Origin: Pavona decussata
Taxonomy: Eukaryota
Length of the DNA: 64,000 bases
Direction of reading: 5' to 3'
Assembly: GCA_977016875.1 (NCBI GenBank)
Contig: CDRNST010000318.1
Coordinates: 1,860,001-1,924,000, forward strand
The notes under the pieces were generated by a model that worked only from the letters and a program-made list of their open reading frames with translations, did no database searches and was not told the DNA's origin. How positions within the stretch are numbered: position 1 is the stretch's first letter; each line of letters opens with the position of its first letter. The position numbers and the translations under genes are program-made. Shown here piece after piece: positions 11,601-28,518 of the stretch.

Positions 11601-14600
11601 GAAAAATGAATACTTGACAGTAATGTTAACAAGTAATGTTTACGCCAACAAAAGGCAATTACCAGAAACTAACAATACTTAGGAAACATCTTAACTTAGC
11701 AGGGCTTTGTGAATCCAGTCCCTGGGCTGTTTGAATAGAAATTATATAATTAAGTTTATGATTTTTTTGTTTTTCTATCGTCAGTTGGTTGTTATAATTA
11801 TTCAGTTCATGTATGCAAATTAATTAAAGGGCTCAGAGCATTAAACCAACCTATGTCTCTTTTCAGATTGCTTTTTGTTGTTTCAGCTCAGATTCACTGG
11901 AGTTTTTGCATGTGGCCTTGAATTCCTTCAGGAAACATTGCTCCAATGTTTTAACCGCTGTTTTGCTTTTCGTTTTGTGATAAAAATGAAAATCTTGCCC
12001 ATATAGTTTTTTTTATTGTAGCTTATAACAGTTTCATTGTTTTCAGATCAGTTTAGTTAATGGATGTTTAATTTCAATTTTGCCTCTGATATGTCTGTTG
12101 CAAACAGATGGCCTCAGAGTAATAATTTTCTCCTGTATTCATGTTCTAGTTTAATGCAAAAAAACTTATAACCAAACATAACATGATTAGTCATTTACAA
12201 TGATTGAATGTTAAGGACAAACTTGTTCTACCTTGTGGCTGCAAAATGATTTTATCTCCACTTGAAGGCTGTGAAGTAAAATCATTTTTACGATAATTAT
12301 TATTATTCAAAAATCAATTAAAAATCTGGTTGATCTCCACTCCTTTCTTATACACTGTAACCTTATGTAATAAGATCATGTGGAGTAAATAAAAAATACA
12401 AATACCTTTATTCAAGGTATCTATTCAAAAATTTCTAGACTAGTCCTGCAAGGGGGTGCCATCATGCACTTGACGTCTAAATAAATAAAATGAAATAAAG
12501 TTTTTACAACCAACCCAAACCTAGTAAAGAATGTCCAGGTGGTTCAGGGTATGAGCGATCACGATGCAGTTTCACGATACAAATGCAATACAAATACAAA
12601 ATTATATTACACGAAATCAAACGTTCATACAAAATTCTAATTAAAGACTTTTTAAAATAACTGTTATATAGTTACTCTTCCCATAGGTCACACTAAACAG
12701 ACTAGTTACTCTGACTCCTAGGTATACGTATTTACCGTCAAACAGCTAGTATACAAAAATTATCCCTCTCACCCACATCATCAGTGCTTGCTTTCTCATT
12801 GGATTGCTGAAGGCCACAAGATAACTGAAAAAAATTTTTTTGGAGAATACCATCAACAACCGATTTGGAAAATTTCTTTGCACAGAGGGAGTGAGAGAAG
12901 TGTTGTTATAACTTGACATAATTTATGAGACAAATTATGAATATCAGACAGTCCTAATGAATTTGCTTGCAAGCAAGTAGATACAATGTAAATATTATAA
13001 GCTTACTCAACACAAATTTACTATGTAGATTTTACTGGTAATTTCTTAAAAGTTGTGAACACTTTTACTAAATATACATATACCTTGCTTTTTCAACCAC
13101 TCTGCTCATTGTTTCAAATTTTTCCTCATCCTTGTGATTCTCATTGAGATCTGTTCCTCCAAAAATGACAGCAAAAGGAACAGGACAATCTGGGTGATGT
13201 CACAGAGAACAAACAAACAAAAATACTTAAGTATACCATCTGCTGAGTGAAATTACAAGTTTTTGTTGGATCATTGTTTTCTTGCTTCCTTTTGGCTCAG
13301 AAAATGCCTATAATCACCAAAAAAGGATTCAAGGAATAACAGCTCTAGATTATCTGCAGGTAGCCTGGGAAGTGCTGTAAAGCACAATATGCCCCTTTTG
13401 ATCTTGAAGTATCAACTAATATTGAAAGCAACCATTATCCCTGATTTTCAGAATTTTTTTAACCTTTTTTAGCTGGGCAAGTGGGAAATTTTCCAGCCTC
13501 TGCTATAACAATTTACCTATAATTATACCAAATTATAACAGAAACATCTAGTTGGAGATAAGAGAGGAGAAATTGAACATTGGTTTACCTAATAAAAGTC
13601 TGCCAGCCCTCCAGGCATGAATGCCAATGACGCATTCAAAATCATGAGTAGAAATAAACTTCCTCACTGATGAACCATTACTAAAGCAGCTGATGCATCG
13701 CAGCCAGCATTCAATGTTGCATTCACATAAACCTTTCCTGAAAAATGATAGTATTAATTTTTTCTTGCACTTCCTTGTAATGTGGTTCTAGAAATATCCA
13801 TACCTCCACAAAGGAAGGTTTTTTGGGGGTTTGACCCCCTCCCCCCTCCCCACTGGAATCTAATGGATTCTGGGAACTATCAGAGCAAATTTTTAATGGC
13901 ATAAGTGATAAAAGTAACATGTAAATTACTTATTAGCCAATCATGATGTTGCCATGTGGCAAAATATCTTGTTTTAATTCTATTTTCTTGTTTTCTAAAG
14001 CCTACTAGATCTTCTTGGCTTAAACAGATATATTTTTATTTTTACCACGTGATTGTAACAATTTTGTAAATAGTTTTCATTAGAGATCCTGAATGTGATA
14101 TAATAAAGTTATCTTATCATATCTTGGCTTCACTTTCCTTTAAAAAGTTTGCTGTTCAGCAATAATTATTAATCAATTAATTCAATCAATCAACTGATCA
14201 GCCCCACAGATCACCAATCAAACAATCAAAAATTTAAGTAATCGTGATTCTTGCCCTATGAAGAGGAGGTACTCCCAAGAATGGACTATATGGGGAAGCC
14301 CTGCCCCGAGGGGGTCCTTTTTTAAGGAGGGTTATCTTTTGTGTCAAAACTGGTATATAAAGGGTAGACATGTAGAAGTAAGATATTACATACTATGTGA
14401 AAATATAAAAGGGTAAGGGTTTGGGCCTCGGGGCCCTCCCTGTTTAAAAACTTTCTTGATTATCCCTCAACTCCGCCTCCCCCCCCCCCCCCCCTCCGAC
14501 CCGCCCCCCGAACCACCCACCACGACTGCCAAGTCTTGTTTTCTGGCATTTTTTTATATTCATTTTACTAAACACAAAATTAATAAATTGTATGTAAAAT

Positions 14601-14769
14601 GACAGACCTAAAAACGTTCGTAAAGTAGCAAATAAATACAAAAGCCATCAATACAAAACACCTTACAACACTGATCGATTCTGGAGCAAAGATGAACTTA
14701 CCGGATTCGCTCGGCAGTGGAGAAATTCCCAGTTTCTGACGTCAGTGATGCGATAAGTAAGACCTTCAT
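8126..14769 (-). CDS. GLT1D1: Glycosyltransferase 1 domain-containing protein 1 (GT-B fold), about 360 aa
   Basis: Thirteen exons totalling 1083 nt, in frame: 14702-14769, 13589-13737, 13084-13189, 12773-12824, 12232-12268, 11525-11581, 10486-10553, 10235-10304, 9632-9681, 9035-9078, 8721-8841, 8408-8506, 8126-8287. Motifs [31 protein letters not shown] and [32 protein letters not shown] match vertebrate GLT1D1. Confidence 0.92.
8569..8612. repeat. (AAT)14 microsatellite
   Basis: Read directly; intronic in GLT1D1. Confidence 0.95.
11171..11466. mobile_element. MITE with CCCGGG(G)n termini
   Basis: cccggggggtactcc...cccccccggg, with flanks aaaagaag / aagagaag (8-bp TSD, one mismatch). Degenerate relatives lie near 9850, 14270, 19030, 21530 and 56280. 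Confidence 0.7.
12500..12571 (+). mobile_element. LINE APE-endonuclease relic
   Basis: Translates to [24 protein letters not shown], containing the SDH catalytic motif typical of non-LTR retrotransposon endonucleases. No flanking ORF. Confidence 0.65.
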
Positions 14770-17396
<2,627 letters not shown>

Positions 17397-17739
17397 AAAG
17401 CCCTACTTCTTTTTGTCACACTGACAGAGAGAAGTTCTTCATAGATAGCGTACTCTTTCACAATAATTGTAATATTAAAAGAACAGTCATTATAAGAAGA
17501 CGTTTTGGGGCTTAAATTATTTACTGTCTGTATATTAAATGTACAGACAGTATGATATTTTATATGAACTGGAAGTAGATAGCTATAAGTAGGAGTTGTT
17601 TAACAAAGTAACTAAGGGTTACTCAATTCCCAAGTGATTGAAATCTGATTTCCCTGTAACTTCAAAAACTGGTTAATAATTCATAAGCCCATTGACCTAT
17701 CAAATGGTCGATAATACATCACGTGCAATGACTTTATAT

Positions 17740-17778
<39 letters not shown>

Positions 17779-18706
17779 TGAACTCTATTGACACACGCTT
17801 TTCCAGAAATGTTTTTGAACCCGTTCAAAAACTTGCAGCACATGTTTTATCGGGTCTAAAACCACTCGGCTGCGCCTCCTGGTTTAAACCTGATAAAACA
17901 CTCCTGCTCATGTTTTAAATATATTTACATCAAACTTATTTAACAAGGAAGACTGGCACTATTTACAGTAGACCTGCACATTTCAAAAGCTCTATTTTCA
18001 CTGGACCCTGATAACCTGCAGCTGCATTGTTTTTTAGGGTTGGGAGCATTGTTCTGTTGTTCATTCTTTTGTCCTTCCGATGAACCATGTAAGATGTTGC
18101 AAATGGTGCAGGCCGCCCCACTATTAACAGATTACAGTTAAGTCACTCTAGAGGAGTGGTAAATGGTTAGTCTTTCACCAGATTAAAAATCTGTCAAAAA
18201 TTTACTCAAATTTTACAGGTCTAACAATCTAGATTTCTTTTGCAAGGCTAAAGAAGTCTTTGCACACAGAAAAGAATACTTAAGTGTTGTAGTTTTGCAA
18301 AGTCTCAAATATACCACTTGCTACTTGTTATTCTCTGGATTTTTTTTTAAGAAATGTATAAAAATACTATAATTTTAAGAAGAACTTGTGTTTTAAACTT
18401 GGCCCCAGTTATAATATCATTTACAAAACGTTTTTGTGTGAATGTCCACTCATTGCATGTCAACTGAGGATAAAAGGCAGACTGAGTCACTCTTATTTGT
18501 GTGAGATACAAATAAACATTTGTAACTTTCTAAGGTTATTCTAGTTTTATCTCATCTGAATGTACATGCTGATGACGACCTCCTCAGTCCCTTGGACCAT
18601 CTGAGAATCAGGCTTCTTCAGGAACTGATTATTAGCCATTCATTTGGGAATAAATAGAAAGCAAGAATTTACATATTTTATGAGTGACATGAACAGTTTC
18701 CATGAA

Positions 18707-19693
<987 letters not shown>

Positions 19694-22408
19694 TTAATAG
19701 AGAGTTTACACAAAGTATAGTGTGGCGTCCGAGGGGCGGACGTACAGGACGTCAAAATGTTCTTGTGTGACCAACGTGACAGCTCGTTATTTCTGCATTT
19801 CACGCAATCTTCTTCTCATAAAATAGCCGACGTCTGGGCAATTTAAACAACAGATTGCTTCAAAATACCTTAGAAATTAGCTGTCATGCTGGTCGCCGTT
19901 TACCGTCTTCTTTTCTGTGCCGTTCTTTTACGTAAACCACACCCAACGAAGGGACGCCGAAATGCTGGGTTTCTGTTGCTGAAACTGGAAAGATTGTTAA
20001 ACTAAGTGGGTAAATCAGACAACAGTCATTGGCAATGTGATGTTTCTCATGAAATGTTGGCCAGGGCTTAACCATCAGTAGTGGTGTCGCGTGACACAGG
20101 AAGAAACGCTGTCACGCTAAACCATACCACTGTTGCCCGAATACTATGACCTCTCCACTCTGTACTCTATTGTAAAATAGCTTACCATGTTCCAAAAGCG
20201 CATCCCGCCAAAACATCCATTCTTTAAAGACTGCATCACTCAAGCCGGACAAAATGAGTAAAATTTCCCTACTAATGACCGTGGAGAGGGGGAGGGGGAG
20301 GGGAGTAGGAGTAGGGTAGGGGGGGTTGGGCACTATTGGAATTTACTCACCGATGCGTTAGATAGCAGTTGACGAGTAAGAGACCAGCCCAGACCAGACC
20401 TCAGGGGTGCAGAGCCAGCGAGACTTTCAGCGATCTTTCCCTACATCCATTCCCTCTTCAATTGAGCCTTCCAAATGGAAGGATTGTCTCAGGGGTTGCA
20501 GAGGGATGTGGCAATTTGACCAACAAATAAAAAAAATCATCTTAGTTCTACAGCAGGAGGCTTTCAATTTAAAAATAAAAATTAAAAAGTCACAGGACAG
20601 CTGACATAGTTGAACACCACGCAGCGATGTCAGAAATTATTTTATTAGATGTTACAGCTGCATCCAGCTTTCTCTAGCTGCACAACACCTCACTCAGTGA
20701 AAGCCAAGGACATGGCAATGAAATATGGTAATTGGAAAATCGGTGACAGGAATTTTTCTCTGACAATTTTATTTTTATTTAACTACTTCATATACAAAAC
20801 CAGTACACAATTACTGGTCTCTATATTTAAGTTATAAATGTCCAATACATGCGATTTACAAAAACTACCATTATCAGGCAAAAAACATTATCTGGCACAG
20901 AGATCCTTCCCTGGAACTTAGAAATCAAGAAACCACTTCATTACTTCACAAGGCAATTATTTTGATTTTCAGTGCAAAAGGTGAAATGGGTGGAATTGAG
21001 AAACCATTGAAAGTTTTAGAACCCTTGTAAAATTATTCTCCAGATATCACTGGAAGCTCCAAAGAATTTCCAAACTTTATCAGTTGCCGTTGAAGTTTCT
21101 ATGTTCCAGTTTATTCAAAATGACAGTATTGAAAAGCAAAAGCTACCAAACATTAGATGTGAGGGCTTTCTGAGGTTTGATTGCCTAAACAAACCATAGC
21201 TACATGCACTGTACCTTTGGTTCAAGTGATCATTTTCAAACGTTTTATGATTCACACCAGCTGTTTTATGCATATATATGATAAATTTGACTACAAATAT
21301 AAAAGAGACAATCCACTCACTATTCCTCATAGATACATTTCCTAGTGTTGAAATACCACCATGTAACAGCATATACTTAACTAGTTTTAATTCAACTGAG
21401 TTACCCTATCTGTTAAATGTTTTACATTAAGAACCATTATGTTTTACAATTAAGTTACCCTACTGCATTTAATGATTGAAAATTGTACAAGCTTGGCTAA
21501 CTACAATTTTTTTTTTATGAAGGGTGGGGAAAGGGGGGGGGGGGCAGATAAGCTATACAGGTATGTGCAGCGTCAAAGGGTATGGTTTTTTTTAGATTTT
21601 TTGGTCTCAAATAGAGTCTAGATTTTAACCATTTTGGTTTGAAAGTCTGAAAATTGGTATGGATTCTAGTTTTCAGAATACCAGGAAGTTGCATATTTTC
21701 GTTTGAAATACTGGGTCAGGGTTTCAAAAGCTGAGCTGCACACGCCCACCAAAAATTTAGAGGAGTAAGGAAAGAACCAACTCCTTTTGATTTTCATGAT
21801 CTATTAACATTGAGTGACGCATAAATTATTCGCACATCACTGACAAGACAACAACAATGAAAGAAAATAATGAAGAGGAGAAGGGGAGCTTTCATATCCC
21901 AAACTAAGCCATAATGAAACTACTTTACACTATCTATCAATTCTATCAATAAAAACATAGTCCTGTTATCGCTAGCTCTTAATGGTAAGACATTGTTCAA
22001 AAATATCCTCTTCCCCTAAGCAAGCAGGGTTTTTGCCATTGTTTTACTGAAGAGAAAATGGTTGGGTTGCTGATTGGGGCCATCATATTATGACATTTTA
22101 GAACTTCTAACATATACCCCCAAATACGTAAAAGATATATCTTAATAAATGTTCCCATTGTAACTAAATCTGCATGCTCTTATTGGACAAAATGCACTAC
22201 GAGGTAAAAAAGACGGCAGTATCAGAGGACATACTTTGTCACATTTGATATAACAAAGCGAACATTTGAGAACTCATGGAGTTCTAGTTCTTTACTTTCC
22301 AAAAAAAAAAAAATGTATTTTTTATAGTGGAAATGCACTTAGCTACCCAAAGCTAGTTCACAGGCATTCCACTCAGAAATAATGGTAAGCAAATAATAAT
22401 CAAATTAA

Positions 22409-22533
22409 ACATATCAGGTTAAAAATCCCAACTGGCAGGAGGCAAACCAGCTCACTATATACAAGCGTGGCTTGAACCCGAGATCTCCGGATTTCAAGTC
22501 CAGTGCCCTAAACCCCTGGACCATGCCACCTCC
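22409..22533 (-). mobile_element. Truncated tRNA-derived SINE
   Basis: The reverse strand reads ggaggtggcatggtccagggg..ggacttgaaatccggagatctcGGGTTCAAGCC (a tRNA-like head with a B box), followed by a non-tRNA body. Confidence 0.6.
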
Positions 22534-23611
22534 TTAAAAAATAATCACACTGTAACTTGTGCCTATTATGAACTTTGCATTATTTTGTTTACATGCATTT
22601 TCTGACTTATCACTATGGCTCTGGCTTGTCGCTATGCAACTGTTAATTTTTATGATAATCTGTCTGGCTCGAGCACCATCCTTTGAAATGCCAGCCACCT
22701 GAATGGGTTTATTTACTAATTAACCACAATTTGTTTTCTACCGTTTGACCATCTCACTTTTCTATTTCTAACTCTTTTGGTCAACTGCTGCTGACTGCAA
22801 TGTTAATATATACAAGCATGCATTTGCAGAAGGAAGGAAATGATAAATTCATTTCAAATCAACAATATTTGAAAAAATTTACATGGAACAAACTGTTATA
22901 CATAGCTTCCATGGATAACCATCTCCTTGCTGAAACTCCATAATACAGATATGGGTGACACCTATTTATGAGTAGTTAATTTTGGTCCAAAAAAGACAAT
23001 AATTAAGCAGCTGTCACCAATATGGCAACATACCACTTCTCGCAATGTCCATTATTTTTTCTTCTTTTTCATGTCGGTCACCTACCCCAGAGATCTAGTG
23101 TTCGCTCTGTCAACACAGCACCCTAGCTACCTTCCATATGACATCAATAAATGCAATGAAAGACAAGCTTTAACAAAGTCAAATCTTTCTACGACTTAGC
23201 TATGTTACACCTTATTGTTTGCAACAACATATTTACTTCACTCTGAAAAGCCACTGTGGTATAGTGCTATGTTTGATACACAACACATACACAGCTTGAG
23301 TTAAGTAAATGATTCTACTGAATGCAAGGTAAAATAAATCATAACAAGGAGTTAGTATTCAGCAACATACAGCAAAATTTCAAATAAGTGCCTCCAAAAT
23401 TACCCTCCATCCCCCAACATTTTGTCGGGGGAGGGGTACAACAGGTGCTTTGAAATCCGACGGGATTTCTTGTTCATATAAGAACTACATCTTGAATGCA
23501 GATCGGTTGATACCTGTACACAAAAAACAGGAGCAGCTCTAATGCAGACACCCTATAAAAGACAGACACTTCTATATAATTTATAAAACACACACACATA
23601 ATAGGAACACC

Positions 23612-23990
23612 AGAGGAACTTTCCAATTACCCAAACCTTTCCGTTAAACCAGTTGAAATAAAAATGGAACACATGGATCAAATGGAAATTTTCGAAAAGA
23701 AATGTCCAAGCTTTGGAGGCACTCCATTCAAATAAGCTGAAACAGAAACTATCTTGTCACTTCCCCAAAATTTCAATTTCCATTTTCTTGCCAATCCAGG
23801 CAGTTGCCCATACCTGAGGAATTAAACAAAGGGTCTCCTTTGCAGCTGTTGTTTGGGCTTATCACACAACAAGCCCAAACGACGGCTGGAAAGGACACTA
23901 TGTACCAGATATAAAGAAAGCCTTTCCATTTGACATGGCAAGTTTCCACAATTTCCAACTGAAAATTTTGGCCCAATGGAAAGCTCCCCT
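23612..23990. mobile_element. Degenerate MITE (PIF/Harbinger-like ends)
   Basis: Imperfect TIRs: aggaactttccaatt... / ...aatggaaagctcccct. Confidence 0.45.
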
Positions 23991-24393
23991 GTACACCACA
24001 CCCACTTGACTAACCTGAGTGGTGAGTGAGTCCATCAAGGGGAAGGGGGGGGAGGGGGGAAGGTATTAAGTTAAGAAGTGAGTGATGCAACTAGAACTTA
24101 GGATTTTATCCTTTACATTTTTTTTTATCTTTTGAGGCCCCCACCTCAACCCCCTGGAATTTGTAATCCCTCCTGTGGGGGGGAGGAGGAGGCTAGGTAT
24201 ATTTTCTGGACCTACACAAAACAGACACTTGCATACTACTTTATGAATTTTTATAACATGGGCACCTCCAAAATGTGGACACCACCATAACAAAGACACA
24301 GCTATAATATTTAAAAGACATTTCTATAATATCAGCAGCAGGACGAACAGGCCAGTGCCTGTGTTTTGAAGACCTGCCTGAAGCAACTCCTGG

Positions 24394-25488
24394 TCACACA
24401 ACTGGTGCCTGCGGCGGTCTAGGAGTACTGCCATCTACAACAGTCACATCCACATCATCGTCATCAGACTGAGGAATTTCCATTTGAGAACCTCGTCTTT
24501 GGTATGTAGCTCCTGGTAATGACGGCTTGCCACATGGGCATATTCCTTGCATCACCATCACCATTGCCTTCCTGTACTTCCTTAGGCGCCATGCGAATAC
24601 AAACGGGTCAAGAACGAATTTCCACAGCAAGAAGAATTGGGAGACAACAACTGCAATAAAAACTTCAAATGTCAAGTCGTACAGGACTACGATGAATAGC
24701 GAGATACAGAGAGGCCACACGGTGACAATCAGAACAAGTGTCAAAATAATTGTGCCATACACAACGTCCTTTTCTGCCTGACGACGCTGTTTCTCTGATT
24801 CCGTCTGCTCAACAGAAGGTCCTTGTCCTTCACTGTTCTCCTCCGGGTCTGCAGAACGATGACGCTGGGTCAGCTTGCGGAACTCGTAGAAAATGAGGAA
24901 GTAGAGTATTACAAGTGCCAGTGTCAGAATTGTGTTGTGGACAACCAGATCAATGAAATAATGCAAAAACTTGTTGATGCCAGTAATTTCTGGCAACACA
25001 GCAAAGACTATGGAATAAACGAAGATGAAAATCACTCCAAACAACGCTGATTTCGGGCTGACAGCTTTATCGTAAAATCTGGGGTGCTTGATTAGCCAAT
25101 ACTGGACTATTCCCAGGGCTAACATGATCAGGAACGAGCTGGTGATGGTGACAAAACTGAACGCTTCTGCAAAGCGATAAAATCTTCGTAAAGACGTGTT
25201 CCAATCCGAGACAAATGACAACGCCGTGACGACCACAAAAGCAGGCTCCACAATCAAACCCGTGAGGAAGTTTGCGGTTGTCAAACCAGCGATGAAAATT
25301 GCAGATGGCGTTCGCAGGCACTTCAGAGGATCTTTGTAGAAAGTTAACAGAAACAGGCCGTTGCTTAGTGTAGTTGCCACAGCTAAGAAAGAAATCCCAA
25401 AAAGAAAAACTCCCATTAAGCTGGATTCGTTATCGGAATAATCATCAGAAGCTGAAGTAGTGTTTGTCAAATTCGCCGTCGCGTTCAT
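24394..25488 (-). CDS. Intronless class A (rhodopsin-like) orphan GPCR, 364 aa
   Basis: Seven hydrophobic segments and N-terminal N-glycosylation sequons (NAT, NLT, NTT). Has the TM1 Asn, ICL1 KDPLKCLRTP and TM7/helix 8 DPFVFAWRLRKYRKA. Confidence 0.88.
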   Translation of the reverse strand: MNATANLTNTTSASDDYSDNESSLMGVFLFGISFLAVATTLSNGLFLLTFYKDPLKCLRTPSAIFIAGLTTANFLTGLIVEPAFVVVTALSFVSDWNTSLRRFYRFAEAFSFVTITSSFLIMLALGIVQYWLIKHPRFYDKAVSPKSALFGVIFIFVYSIVFAVLPEITGINKFLHYFIDLVVHNTILTLALVILYFLIFYEFRKLTQRHRSADPEENSEGQGPSVEQTESEKQRRQAEKDVVYGTIILTLVLIVTVWPLCISLFIVVLYDLTFEVFIAVVVSQFFLLWKFVLDPFVFAWRLRKYRKAMVMVMQGICPCGKPSLPGATYQRRGSQMEIPQSDDDDVDVTVVDGSTPRPPQAPVV

Positions 25489-28400
25489 GTTGGTTGATCG
25501 AAGATGCCCAGTCTCTCGGATTGCAAACTTCTCCGACAGTCTCCTCTAGTTACTTCTTCTGATGTAAAGCAGTATTATTTAAAGTTCTTGCGACGCTTCA
25601 ACGAAAACTCTTTAAGCAGGGAAGTAAATTTCTGGCTCAAAGAAGTAGCCTTGCAGCCCCGGCTTGCAGCAAAGTAAGAGCTTCGAATATCCGCCCACGG
25701 AGAGAGCGCCTGAAACTTTGCTTCCTAAGTAGGGTGGACAGGGTGAGGTTTTTCCCTAACGTAATAATTTTGTAAACTCTGTCATGAGTTTTTCGTTTTC
25801 GTGACTAAATGAGTCCTTTGAAAAGAGTTACTTGAATAAATTGCTAGTAATGTTCTGGAATTTCAAAAAACAGATAAAAAACATACTAGCCTCGCTAACC
25901 CTCTCACCCTAGGGGGTAAGACGATGATTATCCACGATTGTCACGTGACGAATTGAGTCCGGGGAATCCAGTCTCTCGCACAGCTACCTGCACCTGATCA
26001 ATCAAGAAATCAATCTTTATTTGCCCATAAATATATTTTGTATGTTTACAACGATACAGTCTATAATAATTATTCCTTATGGAGCAGGGCTCTCAACAAA
26101 CCCTTGTGGGCTCAACAGGGAGAGCGCGCCCCTATTACAATATTTATGCTGCATTACCAGGAGCCCAATAGATAATTCATGTCTGTATTGTAAAGCTAAG
26201 ACAATATGTCTTATGTCAAATGTCAAATGACGCCATAGTAGCTCATAGTGAAAATGGCCTATTTTTGCTTTTATAAGGAAGCCTTATGTAGTACAGTACT
26301 GTACGACATAACTGTCCGTGGGGCTATAGTCCGTCTGCCAGGTGCGGCGCAGGCGAACCGGGCATGGTACCGAGATTTTTGCTCGTGCATCAGCAGAAAC
26401 CTTCCAGGCACCTAGTCTGGCCTAAAGCTTTGTTCACCCTTGGTGCCCGAGTTCGATTCTCGTACAATTTTTTTTTGTTGTTCCCACAGAACAATTTGCG
26501 CATGGAGCCTTTGCGAGAGCACTTGAAGGTCGAGATTCGGGCGCTAAAGTTGGGCGCCGGTTCCCAGTGCACACGCGTTTTGCTCAGTTCCGAGACACTT
26601 TACCAACAGACTGCTGGTAGATACGATAACTCTCCAGCCATTTTCTAACTCAAAACTCAAGTTCCAAAACAGGATCAATTCATGGAAGTTTCGAGTGACC
26701 GACCTAGAGGAGAGGCCAGGGCCCCCTCCCCCTCCACCCTTAATTTTTAAACCAAAACCGAGGCTCTTACGACCGAGGCGCCGTGATAGTTCGTTTCACG
26801 ATGAGATTCGAGTCGAGCGTTCAAGAGCGGTTCCCAGTATCTGAAGGTCTGGATCCGCCACCGTTAACTGGTCATAACAAGTTTGTTCGAGGAGGATCCA
26901 CATTGTCTAGGGTGGGGGGGGGGGGGGGTTATCTAAGCCACCACCTATCTCATGAAACTTACCGACAAAATGTTTTGGCTTTAAAATTTGAGTTGAGACA
27001 GAAATATTCAGCTGGCAAGAGTCAGCATTGCTAGGTAAACAAGTGAAATTTGAATCTCACTGTCATTTTTTACTGCTGGATAGAGGGGTGGCTACGTAAC
27101 AAAGACACCAACTTTTGAGGTTGAGGAAGGTGAGTGCAGGTACAGGCCACCATCTATTTTGTGGCTTGGTAGGTCCTGTTCGAGTATAGTAGTTTTGACC
27201 ACTTCCCTAACAATCAAACTGAACGTTCGCACAAAATGAGACTGTTCGAAAAACAAACAAAATGAGATTATCATTCTTTGACGCTCTTTCGGATCCATTT
27301 TTAATAAAACTCTAGTTTTGTGATATTTACATAATTTAAATATTTGAACAAGAGGACCGACGGCTGAAAATCAATCTGAAAACTGGAATAAAAGCGGCGA
27401 ATAATCTCCGAGAAAAATTAAGAGCTTTTCTTTTAAACTGCGTTTACTAATGAGATTCTGTGAAATGAATACTGGGGCAAGGCATCCGGCAAATTCTGTA
27501 AATAATTTGTTTGTCCAAGGTCAAATGTGCCGATGAAGCAATTAAATAGGACGAGATTTTAACTCAAATGCGCGCTGTTTTAATACTTTGTAAATTTATT
27601 AATTTTTTCCTGGTCTTTAACAAGAATACTGCATGATTTTGCGTAATGGAAAACAAAAATATTCAAGATAGGGGAAAAGAGATATTGAAAACACATTTAC
27701 AATCTTTTCCGATCTCAAACGTCAATACATACGGAATAAAGGCAACAGAAATTCATTATTTCCAATTGTTTGTGGACTCACACAGTTATCTGGAGTGTAC
27801 GTAGTCGACAAACACTCTCAATACAACAGAGCTCGAGGTGAGAGTCGATAATCTTTAAAAGATCAGGAAAACTGAAATGTGGTAGAAATACTTGAACTAT
27901 TGGAGAAATTGGGTTTTGACGATCCAGATTATATAGGTGCCTTCATTTTGCTTTCAGTTGTTCTGAATTTTTTTCTGAATAAAAAGTTTTGATAAAATTA
28001 TACGCTATTTTCGTTATGGATATCCCGTTTTTGATGAGATAGCGAAAACAAGAACAAAACAAAAAAAGATTGACAATGAAATTTTTAATGTTTCTGCTCT
28101 TATAAACGCCACGTTCACAGTTAAGGTACGTAGCGCGTAAACTTGACCATCCCCTTTCAACTCTTTTCTCCGTTTACCTGTCGTCCGATCGTCCCAGATT
28201 TGCCGTCTACCAAAAACGAAAACCAACAACAAAACAGTGTTGGTGCTACAACTCCCAGGAGTAAATAGCTAAAAGCTATACAGGAAGTGGAATCACACAA
28301 TTAATTAGTTATGCTTTTTTTGAATTTGGAGAAAAACATCGACCACTTTACAATAAATCTCTGTTTTGTGACAACTGTCGCCATTTCATATCATGTTAGC

Positions 28401-28518
28401 TTTCTGTGTCTCCTTGTGTCAGAAACCTCTCCTTATTACAACTCCCCCTCCCACGAATTTCGGAAGCTGAACAACGGTGTACAGAGGGAAAAGAACGGGG
28501 GATGGCCTTAATTAACCT

